The translations under genes and the position numbers were made by a program. Below are positions 1 through 9,273 of a stretch of DNA of 25,197 bases, piece after piece; within the stretch, counting starts at the first letter, position 1, and every line of letters begins with the position of its first letter. The notes under the pieces were generated by a model. It had not been told where the DNA came from. It worked only from the letters and a program-made list of their open reading frames with translations, and searched no databases. Origin of the DNA: a virus. Lineage: Duplodnaviria; Heunggongvirae; Uroviricota; Caudoviricetes. The DNA lies in IMG/VR virus record IMGVR_UViG_2671180432_000001; one strand, 5' to 3'.

Positions 1-83
1 AGGGACAGCTGATAGAAACAGAAGCCACTGGAGCACCTCAAAAACACCATCATACACTAAATCAGTAAGTTGGCAGCATCACC
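1..83 (-). mobile_element. IS1: IS1 terminus (insA-proximal inverted-repeat end, including the GTG start and first 9 codons of insA); the rest of the element lies left of the window
   Basis: Positions 1-83 are the reverse complement of the IS1 left end as I know it (ggtgatgctgccaacttactgat... through ...gtggcttctgtttctatcagctgtccct). The match stops at 83/84. Confidence 0.85.
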
Positions 84-402
84 AGCCTTCTTGAGGCTAC
101 CACCTGTTTTCAGGTGTCATTCAGACGTGATTTGCCCCAGATTGGGAAAGCACGCTTTTTTCTCAGCTATCGTCCTCTTATTTTGCCGTTACATTTCTTT
201 TTGCATTCTAATGATTAATTTACAATAATAATATCGGTAATTATTGAGTAATAATAAATTAATTATTGCAAATGTAATTTAATTCCATCTTCGCGTTATA
301 TTCCAATCTTTAATCTCCGCATGGAACAAGTTGCATGCGTGACTATATTAAGACGACTTATAACCACCAAAACATTTGCTTTGCAAGCAAAAACAGTGAC
401 CA

Positions 403-431
403 TTGACTCTAAGAAAATTCCGATCTATTGT
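403..431 (+). promoter_or_regulatory. Candidate sigma70-type promoter (TTGACT, 17-bp spacer, TATTGT)
   Basis: Hexamers read directly at 403-408 and 426-431. AT-rich DNA gives many chance matches, so this is weak on its own. Confidence 0.2.
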
Positions 432-465
432 TAGGGTCATCAAAGTTACTTAACAGTATTCCGAA

Positions 466-567
466 ATGAAAATACAAAGCAAGCTAATTGTCTTATTAAA
501 CATTATTATTGCATTTATATTATTTGAGCTTTTAGCTCAAAAATTTGGTTTGAGTACATTATTTTAA
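466..567 (+). CDS. Candidate 33-aa hydrophobic small ORF (MKIQSKLIVLLNIIIAFILFELLAQKFGLSTLF)
   Basis: ATG at 466, TAA at 565-567. It sits between the candidate promoter and the plus-strand terminator at 717-746. There is no clear Shine-Dalgarno, and AT-rich DNA yields Ile/Leu/Phe-rich ORFs by chance. Confidence 0.2.
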   Translation: MKIQSKLIVLLNIIIAFILFELLAQKFGLSTLF

Positions 568-716
568 AGCAAGATAAACAATATCGGGCACTCTAGTTTT
601 TATAATTAACAATTAAACGTCCATAAAATGTTATTTACTTTTCTTCGCTATTGTCATATCTTAATATAGTGGCTTACGCCACTCTACTTTCATCACATTT
701 TGTACGTTTATGTACT

Positions 717-746
717 CGCCATGAAGCTCTTTCATGGCGATTTTTT
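717..746 (+). terminator. Intrinsic-terminator-like hairpin (9-bp stem cgccatgaa / ttcatggcg, 5-nt loop, then a-tttttt-att)
   Basis: Perfect inverted repeat at 717-725 and 731-739, followed by a T-run at 741-746 on the plus strand. Confidence 0.5.
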
Positions 747-832
747 ATTCTTAATCCAAGAACATACTCCCTACCTATAGCAAAATCACTTTTTTAACAA
801 AAGAATAACGTATTTAGGTAATCATTACGAAT

Positions 833-1414
833 TTACCCTATAGGTGCTACTGGCCATTCAATATCCGGTGCAGTTGATGTATCAACACGGTTCAGCAACA
901 CCCGATACTTTTTCCAAGCTTCCAGCAACAAGGTTTCTTTCTCCGTTGCGATCTCCAGATCCACAGCATCCTGAAGCGGCGCTATATGCTCACTGGCTAC
1001 CTGCATCAGGCTGTTTTTTGTTTCTTCCGCCTCCCGGATCCGGAACAGTTTTTCTGCTTCCGTATCCTTCACCCAGGCTGTGCCGTTCCACTTCTGAAAC
1101 TCCCCTTCCGGGGATAACCAGGTGACATTTTCCGGTAATGAGCCGAGTTCAGAAATAAATAACGCGTCGCCGGAAGCCACGTCATAAACCGTTTTACCCC
1201 GATGATCTTCAACGAGATGCCACGATGACTCATCACTGTTGAAAACAGCCACGAAACCAGCCGGAATATCTGGCGGTGCAATATCGGTACTGTTTGCAGG
1301 CAGACCTGTATGAGGCGGAATATATGCGTCACCTTCACCAATAAATTCATTAGTTCCGGCCAGCAGGTTATAAATTTTTATGGTCCGTGCTTGTTCACTC
1401 ATTCTGAATGCCAT
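833..1414 (-). CDS. tfa: Tail fibre assembly protein Tfa
   Basis: 193-aa [57 protein letters not shown]..., near-identical to lambda Tfa as I recall it. The start overlaps the stf stop (TAATG). Confidence 0.95.
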   Translation of the reverse strand: MAFRMSEQARTIKIYNLLAGTNEFIGEGDAYIPPHTGLPANSTDIAPPDIPAGFVAVFNSDESSWHLVEDHRGKTVYDVASGDALFISELGSLPENVTWLSPEGEFQKWNGTAWVKDTEAEKLFRIREAEETKNSLMQVASEHIAPLQDAVDLEIATEKETLLLEAWKKYRVLLNRVDTSTAPDIEWPVAPIG

Positions 1415-4392
1415 TATGCGAGCCTCACAATATAGTTAAATGCGATGTTTTTGACGGTGTTTTCCGCGTTACCAGCAGCGTTAACGGTGATGGTGTGTCC
1501 ATGTGAACCAATCGCAACAGAGTGCGTATGAGCACCAATACCGACAGTATGCGCGTGTGCACCCGCAGATGCTGCTGTGCCGGACAGTGAGTGTGTATGG
1601 TTTCCTTCTGAAGATGATTTACCTACCCATTGGGAGGTGCCACTGGTTAATGAGCCACTGATACCAACCTGATTAGTCCCGCTAACTTGAGTACTCCCTG
1701 CCGGAAACATTCCAGTAGGTTGACTCCCGCTATTCGTTCTGGGCCCAGTCTGACTATGTTGGTGGGCCCCAGCTGAACTTGTAGAGCCGCTCAGACTGTG
1801 CGTATGCGCCCCGGTGTTATTCGTGGATTTAGTGCCGTAATCAAACGACGATGTGGTTTTCGTCCCCAAATCCGTACTGGATGCGCTGGCGCTGTGGGTG
1901 TGCGATTTAATGCCATCCTGTTCCTGAGACAATACGGCACGACCACTGGCGGGCTTGCCCTTAATCGTCCAGCCACGCATATCAGGGATCACGCCTGACG
2001 GATAAGCGGCTGCAAGTTTCGGGTAAGCAGATTTGTCAAAAGTCTGCCCCTGCATCAGGGCATAACCAGACGGAACGGTATCTGATGGCCACGGGATTGG
2101 TGCACCGACTGGATAAAACTCTGCAGGAGGATGAGCCGAGGTGTAAAGCTGCGCCCACGGCGACCAGTTTGCGTCGGTCGTATCCCGTCGTGAACGAATA
2201 AATGCCGGAGCATGAGCACCGCTTGTACCACTCCAGCCGATGAGTAACTCACCTTCGCCAACGGCTGTCATCCCTTTCAGGTGAATGATATTTCCATACG
2301 CTGTTGGATATCCGTTGTTATACACCTCGTATAACTCAAGACCTGCTGCCCCCTGCGTATTGTCTGTCAGCGCGGCTACCCGACCTTTTGAAGCCAGATT
2401 AACTGATGATACTGCTGTTCCACCTGACGGTAGCGCCCCGATCTCTGATGCCGTTGGCTTATTTCTGGAGTTATAGTCCCTTCGCCAGCCAGGTGAATAA
2501 TCTGTTCCGTGATTAATATAGGTAAACTGGGCGTTGGTTGTTCCGCCACCGCTGGATGTGGTCGGAGTGGTAATGCGGATCGTCATCGCTGACTTTATCC
2601 CCATTACTTCAATGACAGCTCCGGCGAGATGAATATTACCGCAGCCAGTATCAGTAATGATTTTATTATTGCCATAAGACCAGGAACCCTTGCACATCCA
2701 GTATGGATGGTTAAATGCTCCCTGAGAATCCAGCCACTCGATAAACTGTGCAGTCGTCCAGTTTCCTGTTGTTGTGCTTACTGACCCACCGAAGGCACGG
2801 CAGGCACCAATATTTTTCGTAAAGGTGTCTTTGCCAGGGATATCCGCACCGTTCTGATCTTTCTGCAGACGTTTCTCAGCATTGTCATTGGCTGCTTTTA
2901 CTGCCTTTGGCGTTGCCGCCAGCGTTTCAGACGTGCTGTTGGTCGCGCTGCTTAGCTGGATTATCCCTTTCTGTGCTGTCGTTGCATCCTGTGCGGTGTA
3001 TTTCCCGTTAGCCAGGTCATACGCGGCCTTAACGGCTTTTGGTGTTGCCGCCAGTGACTCGGAAGTGCTGTTAGTCGCACTACTGAGCTGTACTATCCCC
3101 TTTTTCGTCGTGCTCGCATCCTCAAGCGCCACGGCGGATGCAATATCCTCTGCCCGTTTTGCCGCTGTCTCAGCGCGCGTTGCTGCAGATTCCGCCGTAC
3201 TTTTGCTCTGAGCTGCTGCCGTCGCACTACCAGCAGCCTCTGTCGCCTTCGTGGATGCCGTCGTGGCGCTGCCCTTCGCTGCTGACGCCTGTCTGGTCGC
3301 CTCATCTTTTGAAGCAGACGCCGATGATGCCGATGACGCCGCCGAACTGGCGGACGATGCGGCAGCCGTTTTTGAGGATTCTGCACGGGTTTCCGACGCT
3401 TTCGCGTTCGTTTCGGATGTCTTCGCTGCGGAAGCTGACCTCGCTGCTGCCGTGGCCTGCTCAGTGGCTTCGCCAGCCTTCGTTGTGGCTGTTGAAGCGG
3501 ATGATGCGGCGCTTTCTGCCGATTTTCCGGCGGCGGTGGCACTGGCTGAGGCCTGCCCGGCACTTGTTGACGCGGCGCTGGCAGACGACGCAGCCGCTGT
3601 TTTTGAGCCTGCCGCAGCTGNNNNNNNNNNNNNNNNNNNNNNNNNNNNNNNNNNNNNNNNNNNNNNNNNNNNNNNNNNNNNNNNNNNNNNNNNNNNNNNN
3701 NNNNNNNNNNNNNNNNNNNNNNNNNNNNNNNNNNNNNNNNNNNNNNNNNNNNNNNNNNNNNNNNNNNNNNNNNNNNNNNNNNNNNNNNNNNNNNNNNNNN
3801 NNNNNNNNNNNNNNNNNNNNNNNNNNNNNNNNNNNNNNNNNNNNNNNNNNNNNNNNNNNNNNNNNNNNNNNNNNNNNNNNNNNNNNNNNNATCAGTCGCA
3901 TGGGTTGCCGCCTCACGGGCTGATGTGCTGGCATCGCTGGCTGATTTCTTCGCGGCTGCCGTGTTCTGTGCCACCGCGGACGCGTTACGCGCCACCTCTT
4001 CCACCATCAGCTCAAAACGGCGCAGTGCCTCCGGACGGGCATCATCCTCCGTCATGGCACCGAGAAAATCANNNNNNNNNNNNNNNNNNNNNNNNNNNNN
4101 NNNNNNNNNNNNNNNNNNNNNNNNNNNNNNNNNNNNNNNNNNNNNNNNNNNNNNNNNNNNNNNNNNNNNNNNNNNNNNNNNNNNNNNNNNNNNNNNNNNN
4201 NNNNNNNNNNNNNNNNNNNNNNNNNNNNNNNNNNNNNNNNNNNNNNNNNNNNNNNNNNNNNNNNNNNNNNNNNNNNNNNNNNNNNNNNNNNNNNNNNNNN
4301 NNNNNNNNNNNNNNNNNNNNNNNNNNNNNNNNNNNNNNNNNNNNNNNNNNNNNNNNNNNNNNNNNNNNNNNNNNNNNNNNNTTTACTGCCAT
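1414..4392 (-). CDS. stf: Side tail fibre protein Stf, interrupted by two N-runs, so frame continuity cannot be verified
   Basis: Start MAVK at 4392-4381 just left of N-run 2. [30 protein letters not shown]... at 3891-4055. Ala/Ser/Thr-rich shaft in the frame of the 1414-3132 ORF, which I translated upstream to about 3200 without a stop. C-terminal 572 aa carry two copies of the KGI(V/I)[22 protein letters not shown] tail-fibre repeat and end ...[22 protein letters not shown], as in lambda Stf. Confidence 0.8.
3621..3890. other. N-run (270 nt) inside stf; assembly gap or masked sequence
   Basis: Direct observation. Confidence 1.
4072..4381. other. N-run (310 nt) inside the 5' part of stf
   Basis: Direct observation. 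Confidence 1.
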
Positions 4393-4403
4393 ATTCACCC
4401 CAC

Positions 4404-4429
4404 AAAAAAGCCCGCCTGAACCGGCGGGC
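4404..4429 (-). terminator. Intrinsic-terminator-like hairpin between lom and stf (minus strand: gcccgcc-ggttca-ggcgggc-tttttt)
   Basis: 7-bp GC stem at 4410-4416 and 4423-4429 with a 6-nt loop. An A-run on the plus strand at 4404-4409 gives a T-run on the minus-strand transcript. Confidence 0.6.
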
Positions 4430-4456
4430 TGTCATAACACTGTGTTACCTGGCTAA

Positions 4457-4973
4457 TCAGAATTTATAACCGACACCCACGATGAAACCGTCAGTGCGCC
4501 AGAGACGTGTTGCTGTGGCGACCGTCATCACTTCCGGTCAGCACATCGTGCGTTTTCCCCTTATTGTCAGTTACGCGGATATAATCCCCGGAAAAAGTCG
4601 ACACACGGCTGTAAGCCACACCCGCCATCGCATACGCGCTGAACCATTCATTCACGCGCACAGACGGCCCCGCCATCACGCTGAACCAGCGGTTACGCAC
4701 GGAATCTTCATGCCAGCGGGTATCGCTGTAACGGGTCAGCTGGCGATTCTTGTCTCCTGCATAGCTGAATGACGTCACCAGCCCCAGCGTATCCGTAAAC
4801 TCATAACGGTATTTCACGTTAATCCCGTTCAGATCATCACTGCCGGGAACGTTGGTCCGGGCATGAAGATACCCCGCGCTCAGCGTGGACTGATGTTCAG
4901 ACGCCCATGCAGGCGCACCGGATACGGCCAGGCAAATGGCTGCGGACAAAATGGCTGCACAAACTTTACGCAT
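4457..4973 (-). pseudogene. lom: lom (outer-membrane protein) homologue, apparently disrupted by an internal deletion with frameshift
   Basis: 160-aa ORF MRKVCAAILSAAICLAVSGAPAWA... ends ...HSNTSLAH then stop at 4491. The expected Lom C-terminus TDGFIVGVGYKF-stop is present immediately downstream (4495-4457) in a different frame. About 26 residues present in lambda Lom between the two are missing. Confidence 0.6.
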
Positions 4974-4995
4974 AATTACCTCTCGCTTTTCTGCA

Positions 4996-5018
4996 ATAAA
5001 AAAGGCGTCATTCCTGAC
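4996..5018 (-). terminator. Terminator-like hairpin between J and lom (minus strand: ggcgtca-ggaa-tgacgcc-ttttttatt)
   Basis: 7-bp stem at 5001-5007 and 5012-5018, 4-nt loop, T-run on the minus-strand transcript. It lies between the J stop (5044) and the lom start (4973). Confidence 0.5.
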
Positions 5019-5043
5019 GCCATTTATTGGGGTTATAAATATT

Positions 5044-8000
5044 TCAACGAATACTGATGCCGGAAGCCGCTTTTTTGGTCACAATCACCGTACAGTCGGT
5101 GATATTGCCTGCCCCCTGATTGCCTTTCTGGAAAATCTTAAACTCCAGAGTGACGCTACCACCACCACTAGGCATATCAATAACTGCACTGTAACTACCG
5201 GGAATGGCACCTTTAGTTTCTCTGGATGCGATTAATACGCCGTTTTTGCGAACTTCAAAACCATAACCCGTGTATCGCGTGCCTCCTGGGTTATTTCCGC
5301 TCCCCGGATCGTCATACGCTATACCGTTAAAAATAATGGGCGGAATAATAATCTGGCGGTCAAAGTTATGATCATCGCTTATGGTGACTGTAACCGTCCC
5401 GTTTGGTGTTTCCGTGTTACCCCACGTACCAGCCTGTTTCGGAAATGATTTGGATACAGCTTTAACGAAGTCACCTCTGACCTGAGTCGCCTCCAGCATG
5501 CCCTTAATCGTACAGTTTTCATTTACCGTGACATTGTTGAGCGTCCCGGCGTTCGCATTCACACTGCCACTGATATCCGCATTTTTAGCGGTCAGCTTTC
5601 CGTCCGGAGTCAGGGAAAATGCCGATGGATTTCCACCGCTGGTAATGGTGGGGGCCGTCAGGCGTTTCAGGAACACGTCGTTCATGAATATCTGATCGCC
5701 CTGACCAACAAACATCGGTTTTGTGTTGCCATTCGCAGGATTAACCATCGCAATCCTGTCCGCCGCCAGCAGCACCTGACTCTGCATGCCGTCAGGGGTG
5801 TTCTCAATACCGGCACCAATACCCGCGATATAAAGGCGTCCGTCCTGCATCTGCTGCAGCTTCACAGCCCACATGCTGTTCAGGTTATTATTTGTATCAA
5901 CCTGAACCTTCTGTATCTGCTGAATTGCCGCACTCTGGTCTTCCAGTTTCTTATTGACGGTCTGCGTGATTTCATTGCTGACATCCGTAATGGACGTCCT
6001 GATTTCAGCCAGGTCAGGCGCAAGCTGACCGTTATCAATCTGCGTCCACAGCTCCTGAGCCAGATGGGTTTTCCCTATCTCGCCTTTGAAAAAATCCAGA
6101 TAACCGGATGCATCATCACTCGGCTGACCAACAGCCTCCACGAATGCCGATTTGCCAACGGTGTTCACACTGCGGATATAAAAGTAATAATCATGGCCCG
6201 GTTTGATATTGATACTGGCGGCTATCCAGTACAGCGCCGTGCCAAGATAGCGTGCTGTGGTTTCAACCTGCCTGATATCCGCAATCCGCTTTTCCGAGAA
6301 CCAGAACTCAAACTGTACCGTCGGATCATAAACCGCAAGATGCGGCGTGGCGGTTATCTGAAAATAGCCCGGCGTCAGCTCAATCCGCGACAGCGCTGCC
6401 GGTGCGGCAATCCGGAACGATACCGACGCCGGATCGCCCTGCTGCCCCCACGCATTTACTGCCCGGACTGTCAGCCTGTAGTTCCCCAGCGCCAGTTGTG
6501 TGAAGCGGTAAGTGGTTTCCGTCGTCCGGGCCGTGCTGACCAGCCGCTCACTGCCGTCATCCGCTGTTACGGTCAGACGGAGCAGGAAGCTCACGCCCTT
6601 CACCACCTTCGGCGTGTCCCAGCGCGCCAGCACCTGATATTCCCCGCTGTCTGCGGTGACTTCGGCAGTCAGGTGCTGCACCGCTGGCGGCGTGACACCA
6701 TTCACCGTGCCGCTCTGGTCGCCGTCAAAGTGCGCCCCGTTATCCACGATGGCTTCTTTTTCCGGCACATGCTGCACGGCGGTGATGGCATACGTGCCGT
6801 CGTCGTTCTCACGGATACTCACGCAGCGGAACAATCGCTGGTGCAGCGTCGGCAGCTTCAGCCCCCACACGCTGTATTCAGCAACACCGTCAGGAACACG
6901 GCTCACTTTTACCTTCACGCCGTCGGTGACGGACTGGACCTCCACGCTGACCGGATTCCCCTGCCCGTCAACCAGGCTTATCAGCGTGGTGCCGGAGGAT
7001 GGCAGCGTGATTTCACGGTCGAGCGTCAGCGTCCGGGTCTGGCTGTTCACCGCCAGCACGCGCCCGCCGGTGCGGATACCGGCATAGTCATCATCGCAGA
7101 TTTCAATGACATCGCCCGGTACATGACGAAGCCCTTCAGCACCCACGCTGAAATCCACGGTCTGCGTCTCCAGCAGTTCCGTTTTAATCAGCCACAGCCC
7201 GGCGCGGTGTGCCTGCCCCCGGCTGGTACAGCCAAAGGCATCCATCTTCGTGACGTTACGACCGTAACGGACAATGGCCTGCGTATCCTCCACAAGCTCT
7301 GTCGCCGTCTCCCAGCCGTTATCCGGGTCAATCCAGTTCACCTCAACGGCATTATGGCGGTCTTTCAGGGCGCTGAAACTGTAGCGGAACGGCGCGCCAT
7401 CATCCGGCATCACCACATTACTGCGGTTATAGGCCCACACCTTATCCGACTGTCGGTCCTGCACGAACGTCAGCGTCTGCCCGTTCCATACCGGCATACA
7501 GCGCATCGCCGAGCAGAAATCACTGAGCACATCCCACGCCTTGCGCTGTGTGGTCAGCCAGGCATTACAGGTGATGCGCGGCTCCGTGCTGCCAAAGCCG
7601 TCCGGCACCGACTGGTCACAGTACTGGCCGATGACATACAGCGCCCATTTATCCACATCTGCCGCACCAAGACGTTTCCCCATGCCATAGCGCGGATGGG
7701 TCAGCATATCCCACAGACACCAGGCCATGTTGTTGCTGTATGCCGGTTTTAACGTTCCGTCCCAGATACCGCTGTATTGCCGCGTCTGCGGATTATAGTT
7801 CGACGGCACCTGCAGAATGCGCCCGCGAAGATGATAATTACGGCTCACCTGCTGGCTGCCGAACTGCTCCGAATCCACCTGTACGCCGACCAGTGCCGTG
7901 TTCGGGTAGCACTGTTTCACATCGATGATTTCGGTGTATGACGACCAGAGCGTTTTGTTCTGCAGCTGGTCTGTGGTGCTGTCCGGCGTCATTCTGCGCA

Positions 8001-8541
8001 TCCGGATATTAAACGGGCGCGGCGGCAGGTTATCCACCACCACCGAGGCCAGATACTGCGAGGTGGTTTTGCCCTTAATGGTGATGTCTTTTTCCGTCAC
8101 CCAGCCACCGTTACGCTGTATCTGAACCAGCAGGCGAACTTCAGACGGATTCCTGTCTCCCTTTGAGGTGGTTTCCACCAGTGCCTGTACACCGAAGGTA
8201 AAACGCAGTCGGTCAATGTTTGCCGACGTGATGGTCCGGGTGATCGGCGTGTCATATTTCACTTCCGTACCCAGCACCGTCTCGGAGCCGGAGGATTCAA
8301 ATCCCTCCGGCGGTGACTGCTCCTGCTCACCTGCCCGGAACACCACCGTGACGCCGGAGATGTTGGTATTCCCCTCACTGTCCAGCACCGGCGTACTGTT
8401 CAGCAGCACGCTTTTTAATCCATCCACCGGACCTTCAACCGGCCCTTCGCTGATGGCATCGATCACACTCAGCAGCTGCGTGGACTTCAGGTTGTCCTTC
8501 GCTTCGCGCGGGGTATGCCCCTTACTGCTGCCTTTACCCAT
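5044..8541 (-). CDS. J: Tail tip / host-specificity protein J (central tail fibre), 1165 aa
   Basis: [34 protein letters not shown]...; the first ~830 residues are near-identical to lambda J as I recall it. The C-terminal region is divergent and the protein is longer than lambda J (1132 aa). Confidence 0.95.
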   Translation of the reverse strand: MGKGSSKGHTPREAKDNLKSTQLLSVIDAISEGPVEGPVDGLKSVLLNSTPVLDSEGNTNISGVTVVFRAGEQEQSPPEGFESSGSETVLGTEVKYDTPITRTITSANIDRLRFTFGVQALVETTSKGDRNPSEVRLLVQIQRNGGWVTEKDITIKGKTTSQYLASVVVDNLPPRPFNIRMRRMTPDSTTDQLQNKTLWSSYTEIIDVKQCYPNTALVGVQVDSEQFGSQQVSRNYHLRGRILQVPSNYNPQTRQYSGIWDGTLKPAYSNNMAWCLWDMLTHPRYGMGKRLGAADVDKWALYVIGQYCDQSVPDGFGSTEPRITCNAWLTTQRKAWDVLSDFCSAMRCMPVWNGQTLTFVQDRQSDKVWAYNRSNVVMPDDGAPFRYSFSALKDRHNAVEVNWIDPDNGWETATELVEDTQAIVRYGRNVTKMDAFGCTSRGQAHRAGLWLIKTELLETQTVDFSVGAEGLRHVPGDVIEICDDDYAGIRTGGRVLAVNSQTRTLTLDREITLPSSGTTLISLVDGQGNPVSVEVQSVTDGVKVKVSRVPDGVAEYSVWGLKLPTLHQRLFRCVSIRENDDGTYAITAVQHVPEKEAIVDNGAHFDGDQSGTVNGVTPPAVQHLTAEVTADSGEYQVLARWDTPKVVKGVSFLLRLTVTADDGSERLVSTARTTETTYRFTQLALGNYRLTVRAVNAWGQQGDPASVSFRIAAPAALSRIELTPGYFQITATPHLAVYDPTVQFEFWFSEKRIADIRQVETTARYLGTALYWIAASINIKPGHDYYFYIRSVNTVGKSAFVEAVGQPSDDASGYLDFFKGEIGKTHLAQELWTQIDNGQLAPDLAEIRTSITDVSNEITQTVNKKLEDQSAAIQQIQKVQVDTNNNLNSMWAVKLQQMQDGRLYIAGIGAGIENTPDGMQSQVLLAADRIAMVNPANGNTKPMFVGQGDQIFMNDVFLKRLTAPTITSGGNPSAFSLTPDGKLTAKNADISGSVNANAGTLNNVTVNENCTIKGMLEATQVRGDFVKAVSKSFPKQAGTWGNTETPNGTVTVTISDDHNFDRQIIIPPIIFNGIAYDDPGSGNNPGGTRYTGYGFEVRKNGVLIASRETKGAIPGSYSAVIDMPSGGGSVTLEFKIFQKGNQGAGNITDCTVIVTKKAASGISIR

Positions 8542-8601
8542 TCGTCATGCTCCATAAACGATAAAACCGCCCGGAGGCGATTTCACATAAAACATTTTGC
8601 A

Positions 8602-9273
8602 TCAGCGACCAATCACCACAACCTGACCACCGTCCCCTTCGTCTGCCGTGCTGATCTCCTGAGATACCACACGTGACCCCACGCGCATTTCACCATACAG
8701 AACAGGCATAACATTGCCCTGGGCAACCATGTTATCCAGTGAGGAGAAATAGGTGTTCTGCTTACCGTTATCCGTTGTCTGTGTGCGGGGAGTTCTGGCT
8801 TTCGGTGCCAGCATCTGAGCCACACCGCCGAGCACCATACTGGCACCGAGAGAAAACAGAATGCCGGTCATACCACCGGCACCAATGGCAGCCCCCCATG
8901 CTGCAAGGGTGGCTCCGGCGGTAAAGAATGATCCGGCAATGGCGGCTGCTCCCAGGACAATCTGGAATACACCACCTGACTTGGCCCCGGCGACTCTGGG
9001 AACAATATGAATCACAGCGCCGTCAGGCAGAGCCTCATGTAACTGTGCCGTTAATCCGGACGTGCTAACATCCTGCCCGGCAATACGCACCTGATACCAG
9101 CCGTCGCTCAGCTTCTGACGAAACGCAGGGAGCTGTGTGGCCATCGCCCGGATGGCTTCGGCACCCGTTTTCACACGAAGGTCGATGCGGCGGCCAAATC
9201 GTTGCAAATCCCCGTAAAGGCAGATGCGTGCCATGCCCGGTGACGCCAGAGGGAGTGTGTGCGTCGCTGCCAT
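8602..9273 (-). CDS. I: Tail tip assembly protein I
   Basis: 223 aa, MAATHTLPLASPGMARICLYGDLQRFGRRIDLRVKTGAEAIRAMATQLPAF...; same length as lambda I. Its 5' end overlaps K by 103 nt out of frame, as in lambda. Confidence 0.95.
   Translation of the reverse strand: MAATHTLPLASPGMARICLYGDLQRFGRRIDLRVKTGAEAIRAMATQLPAFRQKLSDGWYQVRIAGQDVSTSGLTAQLHEALPDGAVIHIVPRVAGAKSGGVFQIVLGAAAIAGSFFTAGATLAAWGAAIGAGGMTGILFSLGASMVLGGVAQMLAPKARTPRTQTTDNGKQNTYFSSLDNMVAQGNVMPVLYGEMRVGSRVVSQEISTADEGDGGQVVVIGR

Noticed and set aside
736-752. Possible lambda-like att core (gattttttattcttaa compared with lambda GCTTTTTTATACTAA)
   Set aside because: Only a partial match in an AT-rich region; the flanking sequence does not resemble lambda attP arms. 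It is more simply the T-run of the adjacent terminator.
712-790. 24-codon minus-strand ORF (MKELHGEYINVQNVMKVEWRKPLY) overlapping the 717-746 hairpin
   Set aside because: Its start lies inside the terminator stem, there is no Shine-Dalgarno, and it is too short and unsupported.
844-1350. ORFs 844-1125 (+) and 1069-1350 (-) inside tfa
   Set aside because: Both are embedded in, and out of frame or antisense to, the well-supported tfa gene.
3093-3620. Downstream part of the 3093-4055 minus-strand ORF ([16 protein letters not shown]...)
   Set aside because: Only the 3891-4055 part (MTEDDARPE...) is real stf sequence. After the N-run the track continues in a wrong frame giving an Arg/Gln/Pro-rich junk translation; the genuine stf frame there is that of the 1414-3132 ORF.
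3138-4456. Plus-strand ORFs (3138-3923, 3251-4456, 3925-4419) opposite stf
   Set aside because: Antisense to the Ala/Ser/Thr-rich stf shaft and running through N-runs, where X codons prevent stops; they are artefacts of repeat composition and masking.
4482-4772. 96-aa plus-strand ORF opposite lom
   Set aside because: Antisense to the lom homologue; Arg/His-rich; no Shine-Dalgarno.
6064-7752. 562-aa plus-strand ORF (also 6656-7087, 7740-8125 and 8168-8557) overlapping J
   Set aside because: Antisense to the strongly supported J gene; Arg/Pro/Ala-rich low-complexity translation typical of the reverse frame of GC-rich coding DNA; no lambda counterpart.
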